From: a virus
Lineage: Duplodnaviria; Caudoviricetes
Direction: 5' to 3' (one strand)
IMG/VR virus record: IMGVR_UViG_3300022936_000002
Coordinates: 1-54,142 of that record
Length of the DNA stretch: 54,142 nt
Part shown: positions 46,450-54,142 of the stretch, piece after piece
Layout of the letters: every line of letters begins with the position of its first letter
Position numbering within the stretch: position 1 is the stretch's first letter
Notes under the pieces: model-generated
What the model was told of the DNA's origin: nothing
The model's input: the letters and a program-made list of their open reading frames with translations, nothing else
Databases searched by the model: none
Position numbers and translations under genes: made by a program

Positions 46450-47100
46450 ATGATTACACAATCGGGAGTTCATATTCAGAAACAAGGCGGTGAAACGGGC
46501 ACGCCGACCGCCGAGGATATTGCTGTCCATATGGGTCGTATTTGTCGCTATGGCGGGGCTGTCTGGTACACGCTCTTGCCGCACTCTATATTCGTCGGGC
46601 TAATGGCGTACAGGCGTTCCGGTGACGTGCAAAACCTTGTCTGGGGCTTGCTCCACGATGCGCACGAAGTGGTCACGAGCGACGTGCCGCGTCCGTTCAA
46701 ATGCCAGTGTATGAAAGACGAGCAAACTTTCATCGACCAACGTATATATGAGAAGTTTTGCCTGCACGAAACCTTTCCGACGCCGATCAATATGGCGCTC
46801 ATAAAACAGTGCGATAAAGACGCGCTTCACATCGAGGCCGCCGAATTACGGTTGCCGGGCTTTGCCGAGATCGAACTGAAATACGCGAAAGACTACCTAA
46901 ACGAAACCGAGATTTATAACGGCGACGAGGATAGATATTTATTTCAGCGGATCAAAAACAGCGTCTTTCACAAAAACACAATTTACGGGATGGAATCGGC
47001 GGGTGTTCGGATGTTCGCCGAAGTCTTACGAGAAGCGGAAAAGGGTAACTACCGATTAGCGAAAAGAATCGTTGATGGATGGGGATTGCTCGACGGCTAA
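46450..47100 (+). CDS. HD-domain phosphohydrolase (YfbR-like)
   Basis: DIAVHMGRICRYGG..HS..LLHDAHE..DVPRPFK. Confidence 0.85.
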   Translation: MITQSGVHIQKQGGETGTPTAEDIAVHMGRICRYGGAVWYTLLPHSIFVGLMAYRRSGDVQNLVWGLLHDAHEVVTSDVPRPFKCQCMKDEQTFIDQRIYEKFCLHETFPTPINMALIKQCDKDALHIEAAELRLPGFAEIELKYAKDYLNETEIYNGDEDRYLFQRIKNSVFHKNTIYGMESAGVRMFAEVLREAEKGNYRLAKRIVDGWGLLDG

Positions 47101-47103
47101 CAA

Positions 47104-47171
47104 GGGAGGCGCGATAGCGTCAGGCTGAGCACGTCGCCCCCGAGACAAGCGATAGGCCAAGCTCCGAAATG
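47104..47171 (-). repeat. Dispersed ~70-bp element (right of HD gene)
   Basis: CATTTCGGAGCTTGG..TATCGCT..GCTCAG..TCCC; imperfect hairpin. Confidence 0.7.
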
Positions 47172-47210
47172 ATCCTAAACCGGCCCCCGGCAGGAAGAGA
47201 GAAACAAAGT

Positions 47211-47645
47211 ATGGAAAACGAATCATCATTACCCGATACATTTGAAGCGCCGGCCGGAGTGATCTGGACGGTACAAAAAGGCGAGTACGCTAGCACGAAT
47301 GTTAAGACAACGTATATTCGGGTGGATAGAAGCGTATATGGATGGCGCTACATCTGCGTCGCGTTGAACGTCTTTGAAGATTTGCTTACCGCCAAAACAA
47401 TGGAAGCCGCCGCCCTCGAAGCCTTCGACCTGTGCCACAAGAAAGCATCGGATCTGTGTGCCGCATTTGCCGAGGCAAGAACTCAGACACCACTTCCCGC
47501 CGCTCTGACGGAACCGCCGGACGATGATCCTGAATCTCACGCCTGCAGTGGGTGCCAGACTCCGTGCGGATGCTCGAACGGCGTTTGTATGGGGTGTGGA
47601 GATTGTCAGGATCGAGGGGATTGGGGGTATAGACCGAAGAGGTAA
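47211..47645 (+). CDS. Hypothetical protein with Cys-rich C-terminus
   Basis: CSGC..CGC..CMGCGDC. Confidence 0.5.
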   Translation: MENESSLPDTFEAPAGVIWTVQKGEYASTNVKTTYIRVDRSVYGWRYICVALNVFEDLLTAKTMEAAALEAFDLCHKKASDLCAAFAEARTQTPLPAALTEPPDDDPESHACSGCQTPCGCSNGVCMGCGDCQDRGDWGYRPKR

Positions 47646-47648
47646 TTT

Positions 47649-48104
47649 ATGCACGACGTACATTTTTCAAGTGAGACGGTCGAGTGGGCGACGCCTCAGT
47701 ATCTTTTCGACGAGCTGAATAGAGAGTTCGGCTTTACCCTCGATCCGTGTGCAACGCCTGAAAATGCGAAGTGCGACAAGTTTTACACGATCCACGATGA
47801 CGGACTGGTACAGGACTGGTCGGGCGAAACAGTTTACGTTAATCCGCCTTACGGACGAAAGACTGGAGATTGGATTGAGAAGGCTATCGTCGAATCGAGA
47901 AAAGGATCCACGGTCGTCTGTCTGATACCGGCTAAGACCGAAACGCGGTGGTGGGCAAGGTTCTGGGATTACGAACGGCACAGACCTGTCCACGGTGTCC
48001 AAGTGAGATTCATTTTCAAGCGGGTAAAGTTCGGCGAATCAAAGATCAATGCGCCTTTCCCCTGCGCGGTAGTTATTTTTCGGGGGAAGGAATCGAAGAG
48101 GTAG
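47649..48104 (+). CDS. Phage N6-adenine DNA methyltransferase (Dam family)
   Basis: EWATPQ..FTLDPCA..DDGL..VNPPY. Confidence 0.92.
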   Translation: MHDVHFSSETVEWATPQYLFDELNREFGFTLDPCATPENAKCDKFYTIHDDGLVQDWSGETVYVNPPYGRKTGDWIEKAIVESRKGSTVVCLIPAKTETRWWARFWDYERHRPVHGVQVRFIFKRVKFGESKINAPFPCAVVIFRGKESKR

Positions 48105-48107
48105 GAA

Positions 48108-48178
48108 CATTTCAGAGCTTGAGCAATCGCTCAGCACGGACGACGAGGGAGCAACTGGCGCGTTGGTACGCGCTCTAC
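48108..48178 (+). repeat. Dispersed ~70-bp element (left of SPFH gene)
   Basis: CATTTCAGAGCTTGAGC..ACGGACGACGAG..GCGCGT-TGGT-ACGCGC-TCTAC. Confidence 0.8.
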
Positions 48179-48194
48179 AAAACCAAAGGAGAAT

Positions 48195-48989
48195 ATGAAA
48201 AATAAACTATTACTTTTAACAATTATCGGAATGAGTTTTTTAATGACCGGATGTTGGCAGACCGCCAAGGAAGGCACGGTTGAGATTCAAACGATCTGGG
48301 ACAAAATGACCAAGATTATCCGTGCATCCGACGGCGGCGTTTCGTCCTGGAGTACGATTGGCGACGATTACTACACCGTCTCGCTTTTGTCGCAAACCAC
48401 GGAAGCCGACGTGCAGGCGTCGTCGAAGGATAACGCAGGACTCTCTATCAAAATCGCGGTCACGTACCATCTGAAAAATTCGGATGAGGCAATAGAAAAC
48501 CACGTTCGGAAGTTCGGCCTTGTAGAGAAAACCCGCAACGAGCAGTTTTCCCGCGTCCTTGTCGGACAACTTAATACCGAGACAAAGAACGCTATTGCCG
48601 AATACGACGCGTATGGCATTCTCGCGAATCAAGAAGCTATTCAATCTCGAATATCGGAGAAAATGAAGCCGATACTCGAAACGCAGCTCGGACAGGAAAT
48701 CGAATCTATCCAGATAATCGGACGGCCGGATTTTGTCGATGATCGAATCGAACAGGCCGCGTCACAGGTTGTTGCTAATCAGAAACTCAAGCAAGCCGCC
48801 GAAGCCGGACTGGAGGCGTCGAAGGTTAATGCTCAACAGAAACAGGTCGAGGCCGCGACTTATGCGAACCCCGCGCTGTTAGAGATTCGCAAACTCGAAT
48901 TACAGGTGGAGATAGCCCGCGAATGGCGGCAGCATTCTGGCACGCTCGTATTCGGCGGGAACAGTCCTGTAATGGTGGGAGATAAATAG
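48195..48989 (+). CDS. SPFH/band-7 domain lipoprotein
   Basis: Lipobox MTGC; ASSKDNAGLSIKIAVTY; C-terminal Ala/Gln/Glu coiled coil. Confidence 0.75.
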   Translation: MKNKLLLLTIIGMSFLMTGCWQTAKEGTVEIQTIWDKMTKIIRASDGGVSSWSTIGDDYYTVSLLSQTTEADVQASSKDNAGLSIKIAVTYHLKNSDEAIENHVRKFGLVEKTRNEQFSRVLVGQLNTETKNAIAEYDAYGILANQEAIQSRISEKMKPILETQLGQEIESIQIIGRPDFVDDRIEQAASQVVANQKLKQAAEAGLEASKVNAQQKQVEAATYANPALLEIRKLELQVEIAREWRQHSGTLVFGGNSPVMVGDK

Positions 48990-49335
48990 TATGGGCAAGA
49001 TTGTATTGTTCTGGCTCATTGGAGTACTTAGCCTTGTAATCCTTTTCGGCGGGGGTGGGTACTACTTTTTCTGGCTATTCCGAAAAGGCAAAAAGGAGAA
49101 ATTATGGTAGAAGAAACCGACGATATTCACACTACGCTCGAGACTGAGCCGGAAACAAAGGTAATGGATGTGACCGACAAGGACGAGGCGACGGACTGCA
49201 TTCCGAACTCATTTACCGGCTCGATCTACGACAAGAAACCGGCGGCAGGAGAAGCTGATGGTGAAGCCGGTCAAGCGGTAGCATAAAGGCAAGGAGGCGG
49301 GAGGCGTCTAAAACGGCGTCTCCATTCTCTACGAG

Positions 49336-49406
49336 CGGAGCCGTCACCAGACGGCAAACTGAGCAGATTAGCGAGCGTCGTGGTCATCTCAGGGCGCTCA
49401 GAAATG
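49336..49406 (-). repeat. Dispersed ~70-bp element
   Basis: CATTTCTGAGC..GCTCAGTTT-GCCGTC-TGGT-GACGGC-TCCG. Confidence 0.75.
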
Positions 49407-49456
49407 AATAAAAACGGGACCAAAGCAGCCCGTCCAGAACCAGGGGGGAGTAAAGT

Positions 49457-49867
49457 ATGATCGCAGGACAAAAAATTAATCCGTCGGATATAGATAATTA
49501 CCGATACCGGAAATCCCGCTGCGGAGATTGTGGATTTACCCAGGGAACGAAAGCGAACCTATCCGGTCTGACGGCGATCAAGGCCGCGCTCTGCGCCGAC
49601 ATTCCGACACCGTTTCTCTGCCATTTCAACGCGGAAGGCAATGAAGTACCGGACGGCAAGGAAGTTCTCTGCCAAGGATGGGTCGAGGCGTGCAACGAAC
49701 TCGAATCTATCGGTCACTACGAGAAACAGCCCGACTGGCTGCGGGATCACAAACTAGCGATCACCGACATTATTTCAGAGATCGAATCGATGGACTTCGG
49801 CGGCGACGAATCGGGACCTACAAGATATTTTGCGTACCGGATGACGGAAGTTATGGAAAAGGGGTAA
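49457..49867 (+). CDS. Cys/His-motif hypothetical protein
   Basis: CGDCGF..PFLCH..LCQGW. Confidence 0.6.
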   Translation: MIAGQKINPSDIDNYRYRKSRCGDCGFTQGTKANLSGLTAIKAALCADIPTPFLCHFNAEGNEVPDGKEVLCQGWVEACNELESIGHYEKQPDWLRDHKLAITDIISEIESMDFGGDESGPTRYFAYRMTEVMEKG

Positions 49868-49873
49868 AGAAGT

Positions 49874-50116
49874 ATGAGCACGGACGACGAAAAACGATTA
49901 GAAGAGAAATTGGACCAAGTTATCGACGCTCTGCCGATCATCTACGCCTTGGGGGATCTTCTTGTCACCCGGGGAGAGGTAAACCGCACCCGGGGGCTGA
50001 ATAAGAATACCATCGCCCAGAACGATGGAATCGCCACATTCGAGCCGGTCGGTATTCGTAAGACCCTGATCGAAATAAAAGATATTACTGTGCTGCGAAA
50101 AAAGCGCAAACGCTAA
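49874..50116 (+). CDS. Putative excisionase / recombination directionality factor
   Basis: 80-aa ORF with basic C-terminus converging on the integrase. Confidence 0.45.
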   Translation: MSTDDEKRLEEKLDQVIDALPIIYALGDLLVTRGEVNRTRGLNKNTIAQNDGIATFEPVGIRKTLIEIKDITVLRKKRKR

Positions 50117-51237
50117 TTGATCGAATCCGTCTCTATTATCGGCCCGCTTATCACTTCCCTGTACTTCTTCACAAAAGCCTCGTCTAAATGCGAATATCGA
50201 ACGTTTGTCGAAAGGTGCACCTGCCCGAGCAATAACATTCTTTCCATGTCATTAAATTGAGGCATGAGCAGGATCTTCGAATTATAGTAGTGCCGAAAAT
50301 CTCGCAGCCATATACCCTTCACGCCGATCGATCGACAAAGCGTTGCCCACGACCGCCGAAAGGTGGTAATCGGAAATATAATATCTTCCGGTGAAGGGTT
50401 TGTGCGGAGATGCAGCGCTCTTAATCCAGTCTCAAGCTCCCGCGATGCCGGCACAACCCTTTCCTTGCGAATTCTTCCTTTATAAGAAACTAACCTGACG
50501 GCTTTGAAGTCGAACTCGAGAACGTGCGCCCACGTTAACGGCTCCCGGATCACGCTATCGTCAGAAGCATTGAACGGATGGATCTCCGACGGTCTGGCGC
50601 CGGTGTGCATGGCAACAAGTATTAGATAATGCAAAAGGGGCTGCTCGGACTTCCGGGACCGCGCGAGCAGGCGTTTAGCGATCCTGTCCGTTAGAGGTGA
50701 TTGCCGCGGCAGCTCCAAGGCGATCTCAATAAGATTCTCCCCAAAATCGAACGGACTTTCTTTTACCCATTTTCGAGACAACGCTTTTTTAAACATCGTC
50801 CGCATTAAAGCAAACTCGCGGTTTACGGTGGCGATAGATACGTGCTTCAGTCTTTCCCTTTTATACCGCCTTAAGGTGTCCACGGAGATCGTAGTGAGCT
50901 GATGCAGGCCGAACTGCTTTACCAGGTGCGCCAAGGTGTACCGCTGCGCCTTCCACGTCCGCACGCCGATCAGCCGCTTCCCTGTTTGATAGACCGGGGG
51001 TATCAAAAATTCTCGCTCGTACCACTCTGCCAGCCAAGTAAAGGTTTTATTCGAAACATTCTCAGCCTGTGGGTTATCGAGCATGGCAAGTGCCCATTGC
51101 CGAGCCTCGGTTTTGCTCGAAACTTTTTTTCTTTTTTTCTTATATTTGCCGTTTCCGAGAGGAATATTTACAACCGCGTATAGATCTCCGTCTATGATCG
51201 CGGTGTAATCCCCGTACCGGCCTCGTTTCTTAGGCAT
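50113..51237 (-). CDS. int: Tyrosine integrase
   Basis: ATVNRE, TGARPSEI, RDFRH, LGQ..TNVRY; adjacent attP. Confidence 0.92.
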   Translation of the reverse strand: MPKKRGRYGDYTAIIDGDLYAVVNIPLGNGKYKKKRKKVSSKTEARQWALAMLDNPQAENVSNKTFTWLAEWYEREFLIPPVYQTGKRLIGVRTWKAQRYTLAHLVKQFGLHQLTTISVDTLRRYKRERLKHVSIATVNREFALMRTMFKKALSRKWVKESPFDFGENLIEIALELPRQSPLTDRIAKRLLARSRKSEQPLLHYLILVAMHTGARPSEIHPFNASDDSVIREPLTWAHVLEFDFKAVRLVSYKGRIRKERVVPASRELETGLRALHLRTNPSPEDIIFPITTFRRSWATLCRSIGVKGIWLRDFRHYYNSKILLMPQFNDMERMLLLGQVHLSTNVRYSHLDEAFVKKYREVISGPIIETDSIN

Positions 51238-51240
51238 AAG

Positions 51241-51483
51241 TTACTGTCCAACTACTGACTATTTGAGGTAGGATTCTAGCCCCTTTCCCGTCCTATTGCA
51301 AGAACAAAATAAAAAAGCAGAGTCCGTATGGCCCCGCTATTTGCTTGATTTTATTGGTGCACCCTGAAAGACTCAAACTTTCGTCCTTCTGATCCGAAGA
51401 AGGAAGTGCTGCCGGGGTCGCGTCCAGTGTTTACAGGCTTTCGACCTATCATTGCGAATTTTACTGTCCATTTTACTGACTAT
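51241..51483. other. attP region: core plus flanking arm-type repeats
   Basis: TTACTGTCCA-n-TACTGACTAT at 51241-51262 and 51461-51483 flank the tRNA-derived core. Confidence 0.8.
51355..51399 (-). other. att core: 3' half of tRNA-Arg(UCG)
   Basis: CT-TCG-GA-TCAGA-AGGAC-GAAAG-TTTGAGT-CTTTC-AGGGTGC-A-CCA; 5' half absent. Confidence 0.8.
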
Positions 51484-51551
51484 GTGATTACGAATAGACA
51501 GTATTTTAACCGTTTCACCTGTGCAACAGAATCTGCTATCCTGTTCGTCCG

Positions 51552-51944
51552 ATGCCCCGATACCGCTACACCTCACCTTTTCAGCTTTGGTATATGTACG
51601 ACTGTGAATGGTGGCCGACCACTTACGACCTCACCGAGGCCAGGCAGCTTGCCGAGGCAAAGCATCCGGACGCAACTATCGGCGTTCACGCGGAATGTCT
51701 GATCGAAGGTGTTCAGCAGACCGCGAAAGTGTTGATCTATGTAAAGGGAACTATCGGAAAAACGAACGATGAAGTTTGCGAGCTGCTGGATAGGGAGATC
51801 GACGCGTTCATAGTGTTTCGAGACAGGACCGGCCCTATACCATTCGTGCCAAAGCAGCGATGGGATAATTATAGGAAACGAACCGGCAAATCTTTATATC
51901 CGCTTGTAGAAGAGTTTATTAAGAGGACGCAGAAGGTTATTTAG
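51552..51944 (+). CDS. Hypothetical protein
   Basis: 130-aa ORF beside attP. Confidence 0.5.
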   Translation: MPRYRYTSPFQLWYMYDCEWWPTTYDLTEARQLAEAKHPDATIGVHAECLIEGVQQTAKVLIYVKGTIGKTNDEVCELLDREIDAFIVFRDRTGPIPFVPKQRWDNYRKRTGKSLYPLVEEFIKRTQKVI

Positions 51945-52034
51945 AAAAAAGCTGTGATATAATGTCTGGGCGAAGCGAGGGGATGCGTCAACACTACCTC
52001 GCTTCTTACACAATCTACTTTCTAGGAGTAAATC

Positions 52035-52358
52035 ATGTCCCAGTTAAGACTAACAAATAGCCGTACTGCGTCCAAACGCAGTTTTCTTGTCCTTCTTTTA
52101 ACGATCCTTTTAACACCGATCATCTCCCTGGCCTGCGGAGTCCCGCAACCTATCTACGGCACCGCGCCCGCCGGGTCCATCATCGAGTTAGAATTCTTTA
52201 CCTATACCCGTACAACACCGTTCGGTTACTTCTTTTTTGAACCGGTCCTGCCGTGCTCGAGCTACACCGTCATAATGCGCAGTAAGCGGGCCGGTACTAT
52301 GACGGTCGTTGTCGAGCCTCCCGACTTCCAAGGCAAGGGCGTCGAGATAAACTTTTAG
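52035..52358 (+). CDS. Small exported protein, carboxypeptidase-regulatory-like domain
   Basis: Hydrophobic leader (ISLAC); RTTPFGYFFF..YTVIMRSKR. Confidence 0.6.
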   Translation: MSQLRLTNSRTASKRSFLVLLLTILLTPIISLACGVPQPIYGTAPAGSIIELEFFTYTRTTPFGYFFFEPVLPCSSYTVIMRSKRAGTMTVVVEPPDFQGKGVEINF

Positions 52359-52361
52359 ATT

Positions 52362-52553
52362 CTATTTATCTTTCGACTTCGCTGCGGAGGCTAGTTTCTC
52401 CGCTGGATTGTTCGCCTCGATAATGGACTCGCACTTAACCAGTACCGAGTCCATTATCATTGCCGTTTTCAAAAACCCCGGCTGTCCGCACTGGATCTGC
52501 TGCTGCCCGAGCACTGCCTTTATCAAACTTGCCTCTTCAAATGTGAATTCCAT
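52362..52553 (-). CDS. Small protein after tail fibre (chaperone-like)
   Basis: AGGAG RBS; position. Confidence 0.5.
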   Translation of the reverse strand: MEFTFEEASLIKAVLGQQQIQCGQPGFLKTAMIMDSVLVKCESIIEANNPAEKLASAAKSKDK

Positions 52554-52562
52554 ATTTTCTCC

Positions 52563-53852
52563 TTATGCTATTAATCCTAAGTTTTTTAATCGCGTCCTAA
52601 CCTCTTCGATCATCAGTACAATTTTCGCAAAGTTATCGTTTGCGTCCGAATCCCCCGTTGCGACCAGTGCCGGGATCATCGTGTTACCACCTGTGCTGTC
52701 GGTAAAGGTCGAGAAGTCCGATGGCTGAGAAATGGGAGTGACGCCGTAGAAAGATAGTTTCTGCGTCGAGCCCGTGCCGATCTTCGTGCCGGTCGTTGTG
52801 CCGAATATCAGATTCCCGGCATTTGCGATATTCAGATGAAAGTTATGATCTACCCAGACTTTTGGCGTAAAGCTCGGATTACATACTTCGAACACCGGAA
52901 CGCTTTGAGAAGCATCAGATAATAGTGTTAACGCTCTCCCCGCCCCGCCGGACGTGGGAATAATCTTAAAAGGGTAATTCGGCGAGTGGTCAAATCGCAA
53001 TTGCGCAGTGCTGTTCGTAGTGCTCGCGATGTAATTCACAGACAAACCATTCGGGAAGTAAGGCTGATTGCCGGAGCGGCGGATGATTGCCGAGCCTCCC
53101 TCGATGTCGGTGATTATTCCGTCCTTATCGACGCGAAAATACGCGCCATTCCCGTTCTTTCCCAGTTGAAGCAAATAGCCAGTATGCGATGCCGTGCCGT
53201 CTCCAAATATCACCGCGTCGGAATTATTCTGTGCTTTGAAATGCCCAATCGCTGCGGGCGACGTTGCTCCGACACCTATACGGCTGTTGGTTGCGTCCCA
53301 GACTAAGCCCGTGCCGGTAACGATGCCCGTACCGTTAAAGTAGGCCACGCCGTTCGTTGTCTGGCTCGTCGCGTTTGTTCCGCCGTTAGCTATCGGTAAC
53401 TGACCTGAAACCCCCGTTCCGAGTGCTACCTGCGCCCACGCCGGATTATTCGATGTACCTGTATTCGAGAGGTACCGCGTCGCACTCGTACTTTTCGCCA
53501 GCACCGCCGCTGTGCCTGCTCCCGTGCCGTAGATAAGATCACCCTGAGCGATAACGAGTCCTACGAGCGCGAGACCGCTGTCGGTGATGGTCTTGGCTAC
53601 GAGGTTTCCGGTCGATGCGCGCGCGGGGAAGGTATTGGCGGCAAATGACGTCTGGCTGAAGGCGTCCGCACCTGTGCCGATGGTTAAAGTATTAGCGGCG
53701 ATGGTGAGGCCTGCGAGGGCGGTGAGGGTGGCATCGACCGGCTGAAACAGGGATGACGGGGAGTATGCCTCATAAGCTGTACCCGCGGCATTCACACGCA
53801 CCGATTGGAGGGCGCTCAAAGCTAATCCTGTACTTAATTCGCCTATTCTCAT
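52563..53852 (-). CDS. Tail fibre protein
   Basis: QPVDATLTALAGL, LPIANGGT, GTTTGTKIGT..QKLSFYG fibre motifs; Gly/Thr/Ala-rich. Confidence 0.8.
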   Translation of the reverse strand: MRIGELSTGLALSALQSVRVNAAGTAYEAYSPSSLFQPVDATLTALAGLTIAANTLTIGTGADAFSQTSFAANTFPARASTGNLVAKTITDSGLALVGLVIAQGDLIYGTGAGTAAVLAKSTSATRYLSNTGTSNNPAWAQVALGTGVSGQLPIANGGTNATSQTTNGVAYFNGTGIVTGTGLVWDATNSRIGVGATSPAAIGHFKAQNNSDAVIFGDGTASHTGYLLQLGKNGNGAYFRVDKDGIITDIEGGSAIIRRSGNQPYFPNGLSVNYIASTTNSTAQLRFDHSPNYPFKIIPTSGGAGRALTLLSDASQSVPVFEVCNPSFTPKVWVDHNFHLNIANAGNLIFGTTTGTKIGTGSTQKLSFYGVTPISQPSDFSTFTDSTGGNTMIPALVATGDSDANDNFAKIVLMIEEVRTRLKNLGLIA

Positions 53853-54142
53853 TACAGATTCAAGTCCTTTTTAACCAGGGTTCCTAATACGTCGCCGAGC
53901 TCGTCAAACGTGTAGCTTTCCGCGTTAATCGTGCGGTCTTCCGTATAGTTACCAATCTCCCACCTGCCGATCGCTCCATCGAACTCGAAACTTGCTATCG
54001 GCGCGACTTCGAGCGCCTGCCCGCCGGTGACAGCTTTCAGGTTGATCACTTCGCCGATATCTTCCTTCTCGAGCTCGAAGAATCTTAATGCAGGAGTGAC
54101 GAGGGCCGCATATTCGTCGGTACCATGCCCGACCATCGCATC
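53852..54142 (-). CDS. C-terminal end of the tail tip protein that starts at 2482
   Basis: In frame across the circular join (2482-121 = 787 codons). Confidence 0.8.
   Translation of the reverse strand, partial: DAMVGHGTDEYAALVTPALRFFELEKEDIGEVINLKAVTGGQALEVAPIASFEFDGAIGRWEIGNYTEDRTINAESYTFDELGDVLGTLVKKDLNL
54016..54142. repeat. 127-bp terminal direct repeat (copy 2)
   Basis: Identical to 1-127. Confidence 0.97.

Noticed and set aside
23874-49406. The ~70-bp elements as intrinsic terminators or integron attC sites
   Set aside because: No U-tracts, both orientations relative to transcription, and no RYYYAAC/GTTRRRY ends
51355-51399. Functional phage tRNA gene
   Set aside because: The 5' half (acceptor 5' strand and D-arm) is missing; this is the att core
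52563-53852. Diversity-generating retroelement acting on the tail fibre
   Set aside because: No reverse transcriptase and no TR/VR pair seen

Overview
The window is an apparently complete, circularly assembled temperate siphovirus of about 54,015 bp. The first 127 nt repeat exactly at 54016-54142, and one tail gene runs across the join. It has a standard late region on the minus strand (terminase, portal, capsid, tail with a lambda-type GGGAAAG frameshift), lysis genes, replication/recombination genes, a cI/cro-like switch, and a tyrosine integrase beside an attP that duplicates the 3' half of a tRNA-Arg(UCG). The host is probably Acidobacteriota (Blastocatellia-like); this is inference only. 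Three things stand out. (1) A cassette inserted in the tail operon encodes a solo Cas7/RAMP-like protein, an HNH nuclease and an RHH regulator, plus two non-coding (GGY-NN)n pentamer arrays. Read as NN-x-NN-x, each array's variable dinucleotides give an in-frame diverged copy of one of this phage's own tail genes (tape measure, tail tube). This suggests an RNA-guided weapon against related phages, resembling what I recall as VIPR systems. (2) At least 14 dispersed ~70-bp elements (YATTTCRGAGC, ~40 nt, then a covarying hairpin) alternate in orientation and bracket individual accessory genes, like ends of exchangeable cassettes. (3) A TPR protein, a secreted GxxP peptide and a five-repeat GxxP peptide lie beside the repressor, a candidate peptide-signalling system. 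All calls are by eye from motifs and synteny; no database searches were run.
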